Positions 50,001 through 62,923 of a stretch of DNA of 64,000 bases are shown here, one piece after another. The stretch covers positions 1,054,001 to 1,118,000 of the forward strand of contig OZ218952.1 of the NCBI GenBank assembly GCA_965112735.1, in the 5' to 3' direction. Positions within the stretch are counted from its first letter, which is position 1. Every line of letters starts with the position of its first letter. This stretch comes from Phaeosaccion multiseriatum. Taxonomy: Eukaryota; Protista; Ochrophyta, other classes. Position numbers and translations under genes: made by a program. Under the pieces are notes generated by a model. The model was given only the letters and a program-made list of their open reading frames with translations, searched no databases and was not told the origin of the DNA.

Positions 50001-53000
50001 ATGCGCTTCCATCCCCTCACAAATCAAGCGATAGACACGACAGAGACCAGACACGCTCTCTCGTCGCCTTTGCTGCCTCACTCCTCTCGAGTGACTCTTG
50101 CTGACTTACTTGTCATGAGTACGACCTGATCCACGGCCTCCGACAGATACCCGTACTCCCCCAACACCCACGCCATGCACCGCAGCAGCTGGTCGGGTAG
50201 CTTCGGCCGCTCGAGCAGGGCCACGTAAGTGTCTACGGCGTTACGTCTGAGCTCCAAGTCGCTCTCCTCCTCGCCGTCCTCGCCCTCTCCGCTCCTGGTG
50301 TGGTGTGGTGTGTGGGGTTAGGTTGGGAGGTATGGTGAGAGGGTAGGACGGTAGGACGGAGTTAGGCAGACCTTTGAAGGTGGCGATGGGTGAGGGGATG
50401 CCAGGTACGCAATCCTCCTCCTCCTCCTCCTCCTCCTCCTCCTCCTCCTCCTCCTCCTCCTCCTCCTCCTCCTCTTCCTCTATCTCTCCTCACCCTTCTG
50501 CGATGAGCTGCATCAGGTTCTGGGCCACATCAGGCTTCACAAGCTCCCCGGCCAGCTCAAACACCCTCGTCATGACCCCAATGTACCAACTGTTGGAAGG
50601 GGCGAAACGCTCAGCACACTGCGTCAAGTGCATCACCAACTCTTGCCGCCAAAAGGTGTCCCCCTGGGGCGCCTCGGCAAGGAAGGTGAGAAGCTTGTCT
50701 GCGATGAACTGCACGTTGACGGGGTTGGTCATGCTGTACAGAAGCGCCAGTGTCTTGCGCTTCAGAGTCTCGTCACTGTGGGTGCGTGGTGAGTGGGTGG
50801 GTGGATGGGACAAAGCGAGTAGTGGAGGAGAGCCGGGATAATCAAGTGTCGAGAATTCCGCCAATCATCCAGTGAGAGGTGGGTGCCGCTCCCCCCCCCC
50901 GACCTGGGCTTCTGTCTGACCTCCTGTAAGGCGTAGTGACCTGCAAATCCCCCCCTCTTTTTCCTCCCCCTGCCCTGCCCTATCCTGCCCTGCCCTACCA
51001 CGCCCTGCCTTTCCCTGTATCACCAACTGCCATGCCCCGCCGTGTATCACCAACTGCCTCACCTGTCGTGCAGGCAGTCGATGACCGCCATCTGGTGCTC
51101 GGCGGCGTAGTGTGGATGGTCCGTGGCGATGGCAGCCAAACCTGTCACAGAGGGGAGAGCGGACGGAGCGGTCGACAGAAACGGGGTGGGGTGAGATGAC
51201 GGACAGACAAGGCAGGTAGGGAGGCAGATACACAGGCAAGAAGGCACGCAGACAGGCAGGCAGACAGGCAGGCGGACAGGCAGATAGACAGACAGGCAGG
51301 CAGACAGGCAGACCGGCAGACAGGTACGACCGGCTCTCCTGAGTGGCTCCATGGCTGGCTCTGTGTGGTTGGGGCTTACCTGTGACACCGACGTACTTGA
51401 GGTTGTGATTCTCGCTGAGGATGAAACGGCTGATGGACGCAGCAGCGGCGTCGAGCAGAGCTTCGTTGGGGTAAATAGTGGTCACCTGTGTAGGGTAGAG
51501 TATAGGGTAAAAGGGGCCGATGGCGTATAGGGGATTGGGTGTGAGATACGAGACGCGCCTTGACTTGAAACAAAGCAAGCAAGTAAGGGAGTTGGTGGGC
51601 ACCTTGCAATCAGCAACGGGACTCAAAGGGACTCAAGGGTGGGGTGGAGGCAGAGAGCAACGCCGGCACAAGGTGGTAGTCTCATCCCTCCAACACACAC
51701 AGACACGACACCACACACACACAATCTACACTCTCTCTCTTACATACGCACACACTGCACACACTCATACACACTCACCGTCCGCACGCACTCATAGACA
51801 ATGGCGTACCCGACGTTGATGCCCGTGTCAGCCCGCCTCATGACGGAGATGAGCACCTCGTACATCCCTGCCATATATCACGGGGGAGGGGAGCGAAGCG
51901 TGATGTGGTGATCAAATGGAGGCAAAGCGTGAGAGTGTAGCAGAGAGCGAAGCGTGAGAGTCCCATGGCCGGCACCTAGACACACATACACACTCTCTCT
52001 CTCTCTCGCTCGTTAGGTCTTAACCTCCCCTTCCTCTTCCCTCCCCTTTTCCTCTCCGTCGACTGCCATCCTCTCCGCGTCCACTGCCATCACCACCTCC
52101 CCTCCCCTCCCCGTCCAGTGCCATCCCCCCGTACCTTCACTGGCGGCCTGGTCCGCCTTGCCCAACTTGGCCAGCATCTGCAGCAGCCGCATCTGTATCC
52201 ACGGGGCGGGCATGCGGTGGTAGTCGTACTCCTTCGGCAGCCTGGGAGTGAGTGGAAGTTGAGCTATACGTCAGGCGACTGATTGGGGGCAAGAGCTTGA
52301 CATTCTCCGGTGATTGCTTGACATGTCCAGTGAGGTTGACATGTAGATAAGGAGGCTTCTCTTGCTTCTCTTTCTCCCCAACGACACGCGCACCCATGCA
52401 TCCACGCACAACAACATGTGGGACACTCACCGGTGCTCCGTGATTTGCTTGAGAATGGACACAAAACTGGACACCAAATCCTTGAAGCTGTGGCAGAGTG
52501 CGGCAAAGAGGAGCAGGAGGGCAAAGGGGTGAGGGGTGGGTGGGGGTCGAGAGAGAAGAGTGGATAGGGAGTCAGAAAGAGAGATGGGGGAGTAGAGAGA
52601 GAGAGAGGGGTAGCGAAGAGACTTCAGAGAGGCAGGCTGGGTTTAGGACGGGGAGGGGGCAAGAGGGAATATGCCGCATCAGCCAACAGCTGCAGAAAGC
52701 TTTGCCTGGTTTTCTGCCCCCCCCGCGCGCCCATGGCCGAGAGAAGGAGCAAACATACGTACTGCAAATCCAATGCCACTCCAATCCAATGCCATGAAAA
52801 TCCAATGCAAACGCAATGCAAATGCAACGCCATGCCATCCCACGTCATACGGCCATACGGTCATGCCATGCCCTGCCACGTTGTGCGTACTCTGACCCCC
52901 CCCCCCCCCATGACGCGAGGCACACTTACGGGGAGGGGTTTCTGCTGATCATGTCTGAGAGGAGGCACAGGGAGGCGCCCATCACAGAGGGGTCTTTGTC

Positions 53001-54668
53001 GCAGAGGCTGCGGCGGACAGCGTCGCCCATGCCCGACACCTTTTGGTGCCATCCATCGATCGATGGATTGATTGAGTCATTCGTTCATTTGTTCGGACGG
53101 AGGGGCAGACGACAGAGGAGAGAGAGTTAGAGTAGAGCAGAACCGCACAGACTAAGAAGGGGGGGGAGAGAGAGAGAGAAAGTGAGAGAGAAGGGGGAGG
53201 GGGAGACAGAGAGTTTAGAGCATAACAGAACAGCACAGTAAACGGAGAGACAGAGACAGAGACAGAGACAGAGAGAGAGTACCTTGTGCCTGCTACACAC
53301 TCACTGAAGCTCCAACTCATCAAGACAGCCCAAGCTCCAACTCAAGAAGCTCCAACCCCCAACCAAGAACTTTTAACACTCACACAGTCCGGGTCGAGCT
53401 GGTGCATCCTGTGCAGCACCATGAGCGCCTTCTTCCTCACAAGCTCCTTGTCGTGCGTCAGCAGAGCCGTTACGTGTGTCTGCACCGCGGGGATCATCTC
53501 CTCTGTGCACAGCTTGCACAGCGCGGTGAGGCCTGCGCAAACCTCCAGGAAGTTGATGGACTTCAAGTCTCTGGAAGGGGATGGAGAGTAATATTGGCGT
53601 CGATTGGTATCGACGGGGAAGGCGTTGATTGGAATGCATTGATTGGTTGGTTGGAAAGGAAGCAGAGTATTGCTCTTTTACAGCCGCCTTCGGCACACAC
53701 TGCCCCTCCCCCCTCTCTTTCTGCGGCGCACGGCAAGATCCACCAGGCCCTTCATTGTCAACGTGCCTCCTCCCCTCCCCTAGGCCGTCCGTGCAAAGCT
53801 CTGTGGTGGCAGCAGGAAGGAAGGCGCCGCCTCCTGCTGTCGGGCATGGGCGGGCAAAACAGCACACTACCGCACCCACCACCCCGCCGGACCCCTCTCT
53901 CCCTCCATCCACCCCTCTATCTGTATCTATCTCTCTCACCCCCCTCTCTCGTACCTTTGCAGCTGATTGATGAGCATGAATCGGAACTCGTGTGTGGGGG
54001 CGAGGCACAGCGAGCTGGCTAGATAGCCCACTCTCTTCTGCACAATGTTCGCTGCACTGCCGCACAGCTCAATGGCCTTGATGTACCCAAAGGAGGCGTC
54101 GTGCCCGAGCATCTCCACGTAGATTATGCGCACGATGAACTCCTTCATGCGTTTGCGGCTTTTTGTTGTTTGATGGCGGGGAGGGGAGGGCAAAGGGGTG
54201 GACAAAGGAAGTGGGAAGGTGAAGCAAGCAGATTCGCGCGCGCGCGCGCGAGAGAGAGAGGCAAGCGGATAATAAAATAGGTGGGTTAGAGAGTAGACGG
54301 AAGAAGAAAAGCAGTGGACCTCGTCAGAGGAGAAGGATTCAAAAGAGTGTTCTTGTACTGCCGCTCTCGCTTGGCAGCTCGGTCATTCCCCCCCCGCTAC
54401 AGTCTGCGAACCCGTCCATCTCTCAACCCACAAGGCTGGTTCCTACAAACAACCCCGTTGAGTCTCCTACTGCAGCTGCTCAGGGTGCCTCTCCGTACGA
54501 GCAGCCCTTGCAACAGCACTTGTCTAACCTGATGGACGCCTCCGGCAGCCGCCGCTTGAGCAAGGCCATCTCATCAAGGATGATGCGGTCCTCCTCCTGC
54601 TTGCTCTTACTCTCGCCAATGGCCTTGACCAGCTCGAAGAAGTCTTTGGAAAGGTGTGAGCCGCTCAT
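47007..54668 (-). CDS. AP4E1: AP-4 adaptor complex subunit epsilon, about 15 exons
   Basis: [30 protein letters not shown]; [17 protein letters not shown]; [12 protein letters not shown]; [21 protein letters not shown]; [12 protein letters not shown]; DETLKRKTL; [11 protein letters not shown]; DLQQRALEF; [20 protein letters not shown]; C-terminal ear exon ends at 47007. Confidence 0.96.
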
Positions 54669-55055
54669 CCTTCTCTGAGGGACCAAGCCCTGGGCTCAAG
54701 CTTTAGCAGAAGAGATCAGGTGTAGAGGGGGAGGGGGGGATAGGGAAAAATCTCCCTGGCCCCCTTCTGAAAGTTGCAGTATGACGAGAGTGTAGCCTAA
54801 AGCAGTGCGAGAGGTGATGAGCGAGAGCCGAGACCAAGAGCGGACGCCTCTCTCCCTGTCCGTGTGGCGCTTGGGGAGAGCGAAGAAAAAGTCTGAGGTC
54901 GATGAACAAAGTCGAGAGAGAAAAAAAAAAGTCGATGTTCTTCTCTTTTTTTCTTTTTTCTTTTTTCTTTTCTTTCATCCTCCTTTGCCGCCTCTTCCCA
55001 CCTCTGAATGAATATTGGGACGTGATGTTGTAAAAGCATTGTATATTGTTGGCCG

Positions 55056-55859
55056 TCAGGTGGTAAAAAGGTAGCTGCTAATGCGGGCCATGATCCGGGA
55101 GCAGACGCTTCTCTCCTGCCATCTCCGCGGAGTCTGCATCAAGTCCAGGTCGTCTTCGTCATCGTCGTATCTGCACACACACACACAGCAGGACACAGGA
55201 CATGAAAACGAGGTGCGGGAGGCCAACTGAGGCGGTGAGGGGGCGGGCGGCATGAGCAGGCAGCAGACGAGGTGGCGGCACCTGCATCCATACACACGCA
55301 CACGCACACACACAGGCAGGCAGAGCAATGCAAGCCCCAACGGCATCCCCAGCTTTGAAATGTGCCCAACCTCTTCCCTCCCAGTGACATCCCTCAATCG
55401 CTTTAGCACAGCACCCTCCATCTCACCCGGAAGGAATCTTCCCGCGATACCGCAATGACCCGCTCCGAGCTCCCCCCACGGCCCCCCTGCCGACCCCCCC
55501 CCCAACCTCGCCACCCCCCGCCCCCCTCGCGCCCAGCCACCGTCCCTGGCCACCCCCGCCCGCCCCCTCCAGGAGGTTGATCTGGAGGTGCGCGGCTGTG
55601 TGCGGATCCAGGTCCTTGACTCCCTTGACCCCGAGCATGAAGCTGCCCGAGAGGATGAGCTCATTGCCCGATACAATGGCCTTTTGCGCCTGCAGCTCCG
55701 TCTCGTACTGGAACAAGAGCCAGTTGCCCTGCCCTTGTCGGTGGTTCATGATGCGACCATAGTCCCGAAACCGCTGGAACACCTGTTCGCTCCTCTCCAC
55801 AGGGAAGCCAAACACCACCACCCACGATACCCATTGCGAGCCCTGCGGCTGCTGTACTA

Positions 55860-55897
<38 letters not shown>

Positions 55898-56883
55898 AGT
55901 GCTCCCCCCCCCGCCCCTAATTGACCCCCTCCTCCTCCTCCTCGCACGCCTTGGGGAGCAGCGAGGTCGTCTAAATCGTCATCATAAATGGATGAGATGG
56001 GCGGCGCCAGCTCATTGTTTCTACCCAAGTCCCCATTGTTCATCATCCCTCCACCGAAGGGCGTCGCTATTCCTCGGCCTGCTGTTGCTACAGGGGCCAT
56101 GACTACATTGGTGTCTCCCCAGCCCCCCCCTCCTTCCCTGCCCATACCCATACCCCCCATCCCTATTCCTCCATTCAGCCCTCCGACTCCTCCGCCCAGC
56201 TCCCCTGCCTTGCTGCCGTCTCGTCCTGGACTATTGTTGCTCAGCGTGGAGCCGCGTCTTCTCGCCCCTGGTGAAGGCTGACAAGGAGGGCAAAGCGCAA
56301 AGCAAGAACACGAGGGGGGATAGAGCGCAGGGCGCGAGAGAGGAGAGGAAGGGATGCATGAGCAAGGAACAGTTCAAGCCCTTGGTACTCGCCTGCATCC
56401 AACCTCCACCCTCCTGACAACACGTGAGGATACGGGTCCGACCCTTCAGCACTACCCTGTGCGTTACCTGCCTCACCTGTGGCTGTGCAAAGCTCAGTAG
56501 ACCGGCTCCCAGCGTCTCGTTTCCCCGCCGGCGGCCTCTGTCGCCGCTGCAGGGGGCATGGAAGTGAGAGCCAGACGACAAGAGGAAAAGAGGGGTGGGC
56601 GAGGGACCTCAGCAGGGGACATGGGCTGCTGCTCTGCTCTCTTTTCGAGCTGCGAAGGAGGTCGTGGACCAACGTCCACCCAGGAAGGAGGTGAGCTCCT
56701 GGTGAGAGAGGCGGCGGTGTGAGGGGAACGTGGGCGCCGCCGACCGAGCCTCATCCTACTCCCAACCGCTGCTCTGCTCTTGCTTCATCCCGAGCGCTGC
56801 TCCCTTGAGCACTGCCGCTGCAACTCCAGCCTACACATCGAACGCCACGCTATGCACTAGCTAACGCACCTGTCGTGATACAT
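55056..56883 (-). CDS. NUP35: Nucleoporin Nup35/Nup53 (RRM-like domain), multi-exon; N-terminal exons uncertain
   Basis: APPISSIYD motif; WVVVFGFPVERSEQVFQRFRDYGRI...GNWLLFQYETELQAQKAIVSGN..SGSFMLGVK; last exon ends in an amphipathic helix VCSRIMARISSYLFTT. Confidence 0.85.
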
Positions 56884-57335
56884 CGTCTCCACTGAGAGCG
56901 AGCGCCGTCTGGCGGGGTGTGAGGGAGGGGATCGCGGATCCACGGGGGTATCAATTTTTTTCTTCCCCCAATTTCTCCCTTCCTAAAGAACGGGCCTGAG
57001 GCCATGTTGAAACCTCAAATTGGAAATTCTTTCCCTTCCGCCGCGCTTTTGAATTTCCCTCTTCTCCATCGACTACTCCTCTGCAGGAAAGGAGGAGGGA
57101 GAGAAGAGAGGAGCGGCGGCCTCTGCATCTGCACTAGGCTGGTCAGGAATTTTCAGGTGCTGCTGTGTCGAGAGGTAGGAGCTTGATGCTGCTGGCGTCC
57201 GCAAGCCTTCGACAAAGGCGATTCAACGTCCACCCTCTCTGATCGCTCCTCGCGACCGCCCTGGAGCAGCAACCGGCTGAGATAGTGAGAGTGTGTGTGT
57301 GTGTTTTGTAACCAAAGAGGACCAAGGGGATCAGG

Positions 57336-59488
57336 ATGGCTGCTTCTGTGGCGGAAGGAAGGGGAACGGGAGGGAATGGCAAAGAGTTTGACCAAGTGGT
57401 CATGGACCTATCGGACGAGGAGGAAGATGAAGTCTTCCGAGGCGGAGTACTGAGCGCTACGGCAGACGCAGCAGATGAAGGTGCAGAAGGACCCGCAGCA
57501 GCGGGAGAAGGAGAGGGAACGGCTGCAGGAGGGGCAGCAGGAGACGTGGAAGGCGAGACGCTCAAGCCGGCCAGAGCGAAGCGGCCCACCTTCAAAGAGA
57601 CGCACCTGGTGTCGGCTGGAGGCCTACCCCTCATCGCCAAGGACTTCCCCAAGAGGCTGAAAATGCCCGATCGTGGTAAGGAGGGCGAGTACCTGAAGCA
57701 ACTAATGTCCTGCTACAAGAAGTGGGGCTATCAGCTGTTCCCGTTTCTCGCCTTTGAGGACCTCGCCCAGCGCGCGGAGAAGTTCGGGAGCAAAAAGAGA
57801 ATCAGAGACGAGATGCAAGAGGTGAGTCCGTTCGCTTTGTGCGTGACACGCGCATTCTTGTTGCAGATGGAAAGTGTGTGTCTGTCTCCTCTCCTCGGTA
57901 CTCCCTCTTGAAAGATTCGTGCGTGCGCAGGCCGCACCCCCACGCCAAGCCTGCCTGCTTTTATGTATTCTTAAGCTTCCCCCCCCCCCAATATACTTCT
58001 GAACCCCCTTTGCTGTCGTCGCTTTTGCTGCTGCCCACTGTACTCCCCCTTGCACAGATGAGGCAGAAGGAAGCGGAGAGATACGCCGCCGCCAAGTTCG
58101 GAGACAAGGCGGTGCAGTGGAGTCGCCAGGAGAAGGAGAAGGAAGAGGCAGACAAGGCTCTGCAGGAGAAGGAGGAGGGCGAGGCAGCTGAAGCAGAGAA
58201 GGAGGCGCGTAACTCTCGGTATGCTCCGGATCTCGCCGTTACAGGGAAGGAGGAGGAGGAAGACGTGGACGCAGAGGGCGACGGCAGTGACAGTGGAGGC
58301 GCCGCTGCACCTGCTGCCGCTGCTTCTGCCTCCTCCTCCTCCACCTCCGCCCTCGGGGACGACGTTAAGGCCCGGATCGAGGCCAACAAGAGGAAGGCCC
58401 TGGAGCTGTTGGAACAGCGGAAAGCAGCAGCAGAAAGACTGACTAAAAGGCCTGCCACTTCTTCTTACGACGGAGAGGAGGACTTTGACATTGGCGACGA
58501 CGGCGTGGATGAAGATGAGCTTGCGGCGGCTGCGGCCATGGAGGACGAGCTCGAGGGGGGTGGGGAAGACCCTCGTCCCAGCAAGCGCATCAAGGCAACG
58601 GAAGCGGGAGTAGGAGGAGGAGGGGGGGGAGGAGAAGGAACAGCAGGAGGGGGAGGAGGAGAAGGAGCAGGAGCAGCGGAAGGAGGAGGACAGGGAGGGG
58701 GGCAGGGTCGAGAAGTTGACGAAGGGGAAGCGGCCGGTGCGGTGCCCATGGAGGAGGAGGAGGAGGAGGAAGAGGCAGCAAGGGCAACTGAATCATCCGC
58801 TGCAGCTGCTACGTCTTCTTCTGCTGCTGCTGCTTGCGTACAGCCGGCTGCGGCCCCCCTAGACAAGGAATCGGAAGAAGACCCCCCGGGTACGGGTGCC
58901 TGTGCCACAGAAGGCACTCTACAGCAAGATGAGGTGGAAGAACACCCGAAGCAGGATGGCGCACAGATGTCAGGACTGGTGTCAGGACTGGTGGATCGAT
59001 CTGCAGGGAAGGAGGAGGCTGCGGCGGGAGGGGAGACTGCGCTTGAAGCTACCCTCATGGAGGATGAAGGGAAAGGAGAAGGAGGAGGAGGGGGAGGAGG
59101 AGGAGGAGGAGGAGGAGGAGGAGGAGGAGAACGAGAACAAGAGGGAGGCACCGCGGCGGGAGACGATGACGGCGAGAGCCCAACAGCAGCAGCTCCGGTG
59201 GATGCGGTGGCGGAGGCGCTGAAGGAAGGAGCACGACAGACAGCGCCAGATCCGGATGGCCCTGCAGTGTCTGCCCCGCTTGGGAGGGGCGAGGGGCGGA
59301 ACAGCGAAGGCGCGCCACCTGCCGCTGTCCAATCCGCAGACGTTGCGGCTCCTGAGAGGAATTCTGCTGCTGCTGCTGCTGCTGCCCCCGAGGAAGCCTC
59401 GGCCACCGCTGCCATGACTGCCCCTGTCAGTGAGAGCGAAGAACAAACTGAGGAGCAGCGGGATTCCCACCGTTCGTTGGGCTGCTAG
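57336..59488 (+). CDS. TIPIN: TIPIN/Csm3/Swi3 replication fork protection protein; exons 57336-57821, 58058-59488
   Basis: RPTFKETHLVSAGGLPLI...RGKEGEYLKQLMSCYKKWGYQLFPFLAFEDLAQRAEKFG (Swi3 domain); KARIEANKRKALE motif. Confidence 0.9.
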
Positions 59489-59958
59489 TACTGTGTCACC
59501 AATTGCTGCTCACCCCGATGATGTTTCTTCGACGCAGAGCGATGCTGCCGCCGCTGCCGTCACCGCCCCTGCCAGCGAGAGCGAAGAACGGACTGAAGAA
59601 CAGAAGCTGGATTGATTGATTACTGGATTGATGAATACGTAAAAGGGTCGAAAAAAAAACCAAAAAAACCGGCGGGGTCAAAATATCACCAACACGCAAA
59701 GAAGAGCCCTTCCCTCTCTTAAATCATCTACAAGGCCTCCTGCTCTTTATACGCGAGGGTTGCTGCGCCTAGACCGCACAAGAAAGGCCTTGCAGCCCTC
59801 GCACTCGCCACGCTCCTCTGCACAGACTGGAAACATTCGCGTGTCTCATAAAAGCACGTGGAATACAACTTGAGGTAGGCAAGCAAGGCTTCTTGCTTCG
59901 AGGCCGCGGAAGAGCAGGGGCGTGGACTGAACCTTATCGTAGAGCTCTGAGAGGCATA

Positions 59959-62923
59959 ATGGACTTGCTCTTCCCTGACGAAGCTGAAGAGGCTTTACTC
60001 GCCGGCGAAGAGACCAAGGCGGCGCATGCCCTGGACCAAGAGGCGGGGCCGCTCGAGGGAGCCTTGAGCGTGCACAATGTCACATCCGAGGTAACGCTGC
60101 GAAGCGGCACCAAGAAGCCCATTCTGAAGGACGTGTCGGCGCTCTTCAAATGCAGGGAGCTGTCCTGCATCATGTGAGTCACAGGCCTTTGGTCGGTCAC
60201 TCGAGGGAAACGAAGCGAATGGTCACTCTGTTGTTCCTTTTGGCGAATGTCTGTCCGACTACTCCCCTGCCCGTGTCCGCGCCCTATTCCATTGATTGTG
60301 GCAGTGGAGCGACTGGGGGAGGCAAGACCACTCTGCTGGATCTTCTTGCCGGCCGCGGTAGGACGCTTACGAGGGGGCACGTGCGTCTCCCAGGCACTCA
60401 GCGCTGCGGGTACGTGGTCCAGGAGGACAGACTGCTGGCGAGCTGCACGGTGAGGGAGGCGCTGTTCTTCTCTGCCAAGCTGCGGCTCACAGGCAGGGGC
60501 GTGGACGACGCCTGCAGACAGGCCCGAGTGGAGCAGTGCCTGAGAGATATGCAGCTCGTGGAGGTGGCGGACTCGCTCGTGGGCAGCGAGCTTCGCAGAG
60601 GCCTGTCGGGGGGGGAGAAGAAGCGCCTCAGTGTGGGCTTGGAGCTCATCACCAGGTGCGTGGGTGCGTGCAGCCATGCGTGCGTGTGTTTCGCTGCTGT
60701 GCTGCTTGGGCTTTGCTTTCGAGTCTGCTTGGCCCGCCCGTGGCTTGTGGTGGGAATGGGTGAGCAAGGGTCCTGGCTGACACTCTCCGCCACCCTCTTC
60801 CCTGTCTATCCTCGCTCACTCACGGCAGACCCAGCGTGCTCCTGTGCGACGAGCCGACTTCGGGCCTCGGTAAGAAAGCGCCTTACGCCGTCCGTTGGGC
60901 AGAGGAGGGGGTAGTGTGGTGGGCAGCCTGCCTTGCTTTGCCCTGACTTGACGTGACTTGACCTTTGACGGACTCGCTCCTGACTCGCTCGGCCCCTCTC
61001 CAGACTCCGCCACGGCCTGTCAGGTGATGCGCATGCTGCGGAAGCTCGCCAAGGAGGGCCGCTGCGTGGTGGTGACGCTACACCAGCCGCGCTTCTCCAT
61101 CTTCGACATGTTGGACCGCATCTGCGTGCTGTGGGCTGGCACTGCCGTCTTCGAGGGACCCACCAGGTCGGTCGGTCGGTCGCTCGCTCGGTACCCATGT
61201 GACGCGTGATGCACGTACCCTTTCTGCCGTGTGTAATGCACCTCTTGTTCTCCTGCTTCATTCCGCAGGCGACTGCTTCCCTTCTTCGAGTCGTGCGGCT
61301 TCTCTTGCCAGCCCTTTAACAACCCTGCGGACTTTGTGGTGGACGTCCTGAGCGGCACGGTGCCCGAGGGGGAGGCAACGGGTGAGCAAAAGTCGGATGA
61401 AGCCGAACAGCTCCCCAAGGAGGGCACGGAGCCTCTCCTGCCACCGCTGGCAGCCCCCCAGTCAGGCGCGACAGGCTTGCGGCTGCGAGAGGCCTACTTG
61501 GCTTCGACAGACTACGCGGTGGGTGGACAGGAACAAGAAGGACAAGAATGAGGAGGCACCAACCGGCACCGGTTGCTTCACCCCCGCTGACTTGGCTTCT
61601 AGTGCCGCTTCCCTCCCGTTGTCTCATGGCTCCTCTCTCGCGTCCCCCCCCCCTCGCAGGACCTGAGCAGCGAGTTAGCGGAGATCCAACGGGCGTACTC
61701 TCCGCTGGCGAGGAGCGCCAACTTCAGCCCCGACAACTGGCCCCCGCAGGATGAGGGGTGGGCCGCGAGAACGGGCCAAAGCCTGGGGCGGACGCTCAGC
61801 GCTGTCGGGACCGTGTGCCTGAGGACCTTCAGGAACGTTTTTCGGACCCCGACCATCTTCCTCTCGCAACTCTGTGTCAACGCCTTTCTCGGGCTGCTCT
61901 TGGGGGCCATCTACTTCGACGAACCGAGCGACTTTCTCGGCCTTCAGAATGTGGCGGGTGTGCTCTTTTTCCTGGCCATCAACGTCGTCTTCCTCAACCT
62001 CAGCGCGGTGACCGTCTTCCTGACCGAGAGGGCCATCTTTTTCAACGAGCGGGCCAACGGGTACTACAGCACTACCACCTTCTGGCTGGCCAAGGTGCTC
62101 TGCGACATACTCCCCCTGCGCGTGGTGCCCGTGAGCCTGCTCGGGAGCGTCATTTACTTTATGGTGGGGCTCCGGGCCGACGTGGGGCCCTTCTTGATCT
62201 TCCTCCTCATCCTCGCCGTCACCTCCGTGGCTGGGGCGAGTGTGTGCCTGGCTTCGGGCAGCTGGATGTCCTCGTACGCCGCCGCCTCTCTCACGCCTTC
62301 GCTGACCTTCACCTTCATGCTGCTCTTCGGAGGGGTGTTCGTCCAGATCGACACTCTGCCGGCCTGGCTCAGCTGGCTGCAGTACGTTTGTGAGTCAGCG
62401 GGTCATGCATGAATTGAAATGACTTGCTGCCGTTTCCTGACCTCTTCTTCCTTTCTATCTGTCCCCTTGCACCCTTGCATCTCCTCCCTCCTCCCTCCCT
62501 CTCACGTCCCGCTCATCACCGCTCTCGTAGACTATCTACCCTCCCACTCTTCACTGCTTTCGTAGGCTATGGCACTGCTCTATGATCCCGCGAAGTTGAT
62601 GTCCCTCGGCTTATTCCTCATAATGCCCAGCCTCTCTGCCCCTCCCTATCCCTCCCCTGCTGTCACTGCCTGACCTGCACCGCCCAGCCATATTCAAGTA
62701 CGCGTACGAGGCCCTGCTGATCAACGAGGTAAAGGGCCGCTTCTACCCGTGCGGACAGGCAGACCCCTCCACCACGGGCTGCCCCCTCTCGGGCGACGCC
62801 TTCCTCCGCACGCAGGGCTTCAGGTCCGACCGCTTGCCCGTCGATCTGGCCATGCTCTCTGCCATCGCGCTCTTCTTCCTGCTCGTCTCCCTCTGGGGGC
62901 TCAGCAGGACCAGGCTCACATAG
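59959..62923 (+). CDS. ABC transporter subfamily G half transporter (White/ABCG2-like), 7 exons
   Basis: GATGGGKTT; GYVVQEDRLLASCTVREAL; RGLSGGEKKRLSVGLEL; LCDEPTSGL|D; TLHQPRFSIF; NNPADFVVD; TMD with ERAIFFNERANGYYS; IFKYAYEALLINE; stop at 62921-62923. Confidence 0.95.

Noticed and set aside
56386-56395. Possible GC-AG donor (CAG|GCGAGT) in NUP35
   Set aside because: A canonical in-phase CAG|GTGAGG donor exists upstream (~56477), and the choice cannot be resolved without transcripts.
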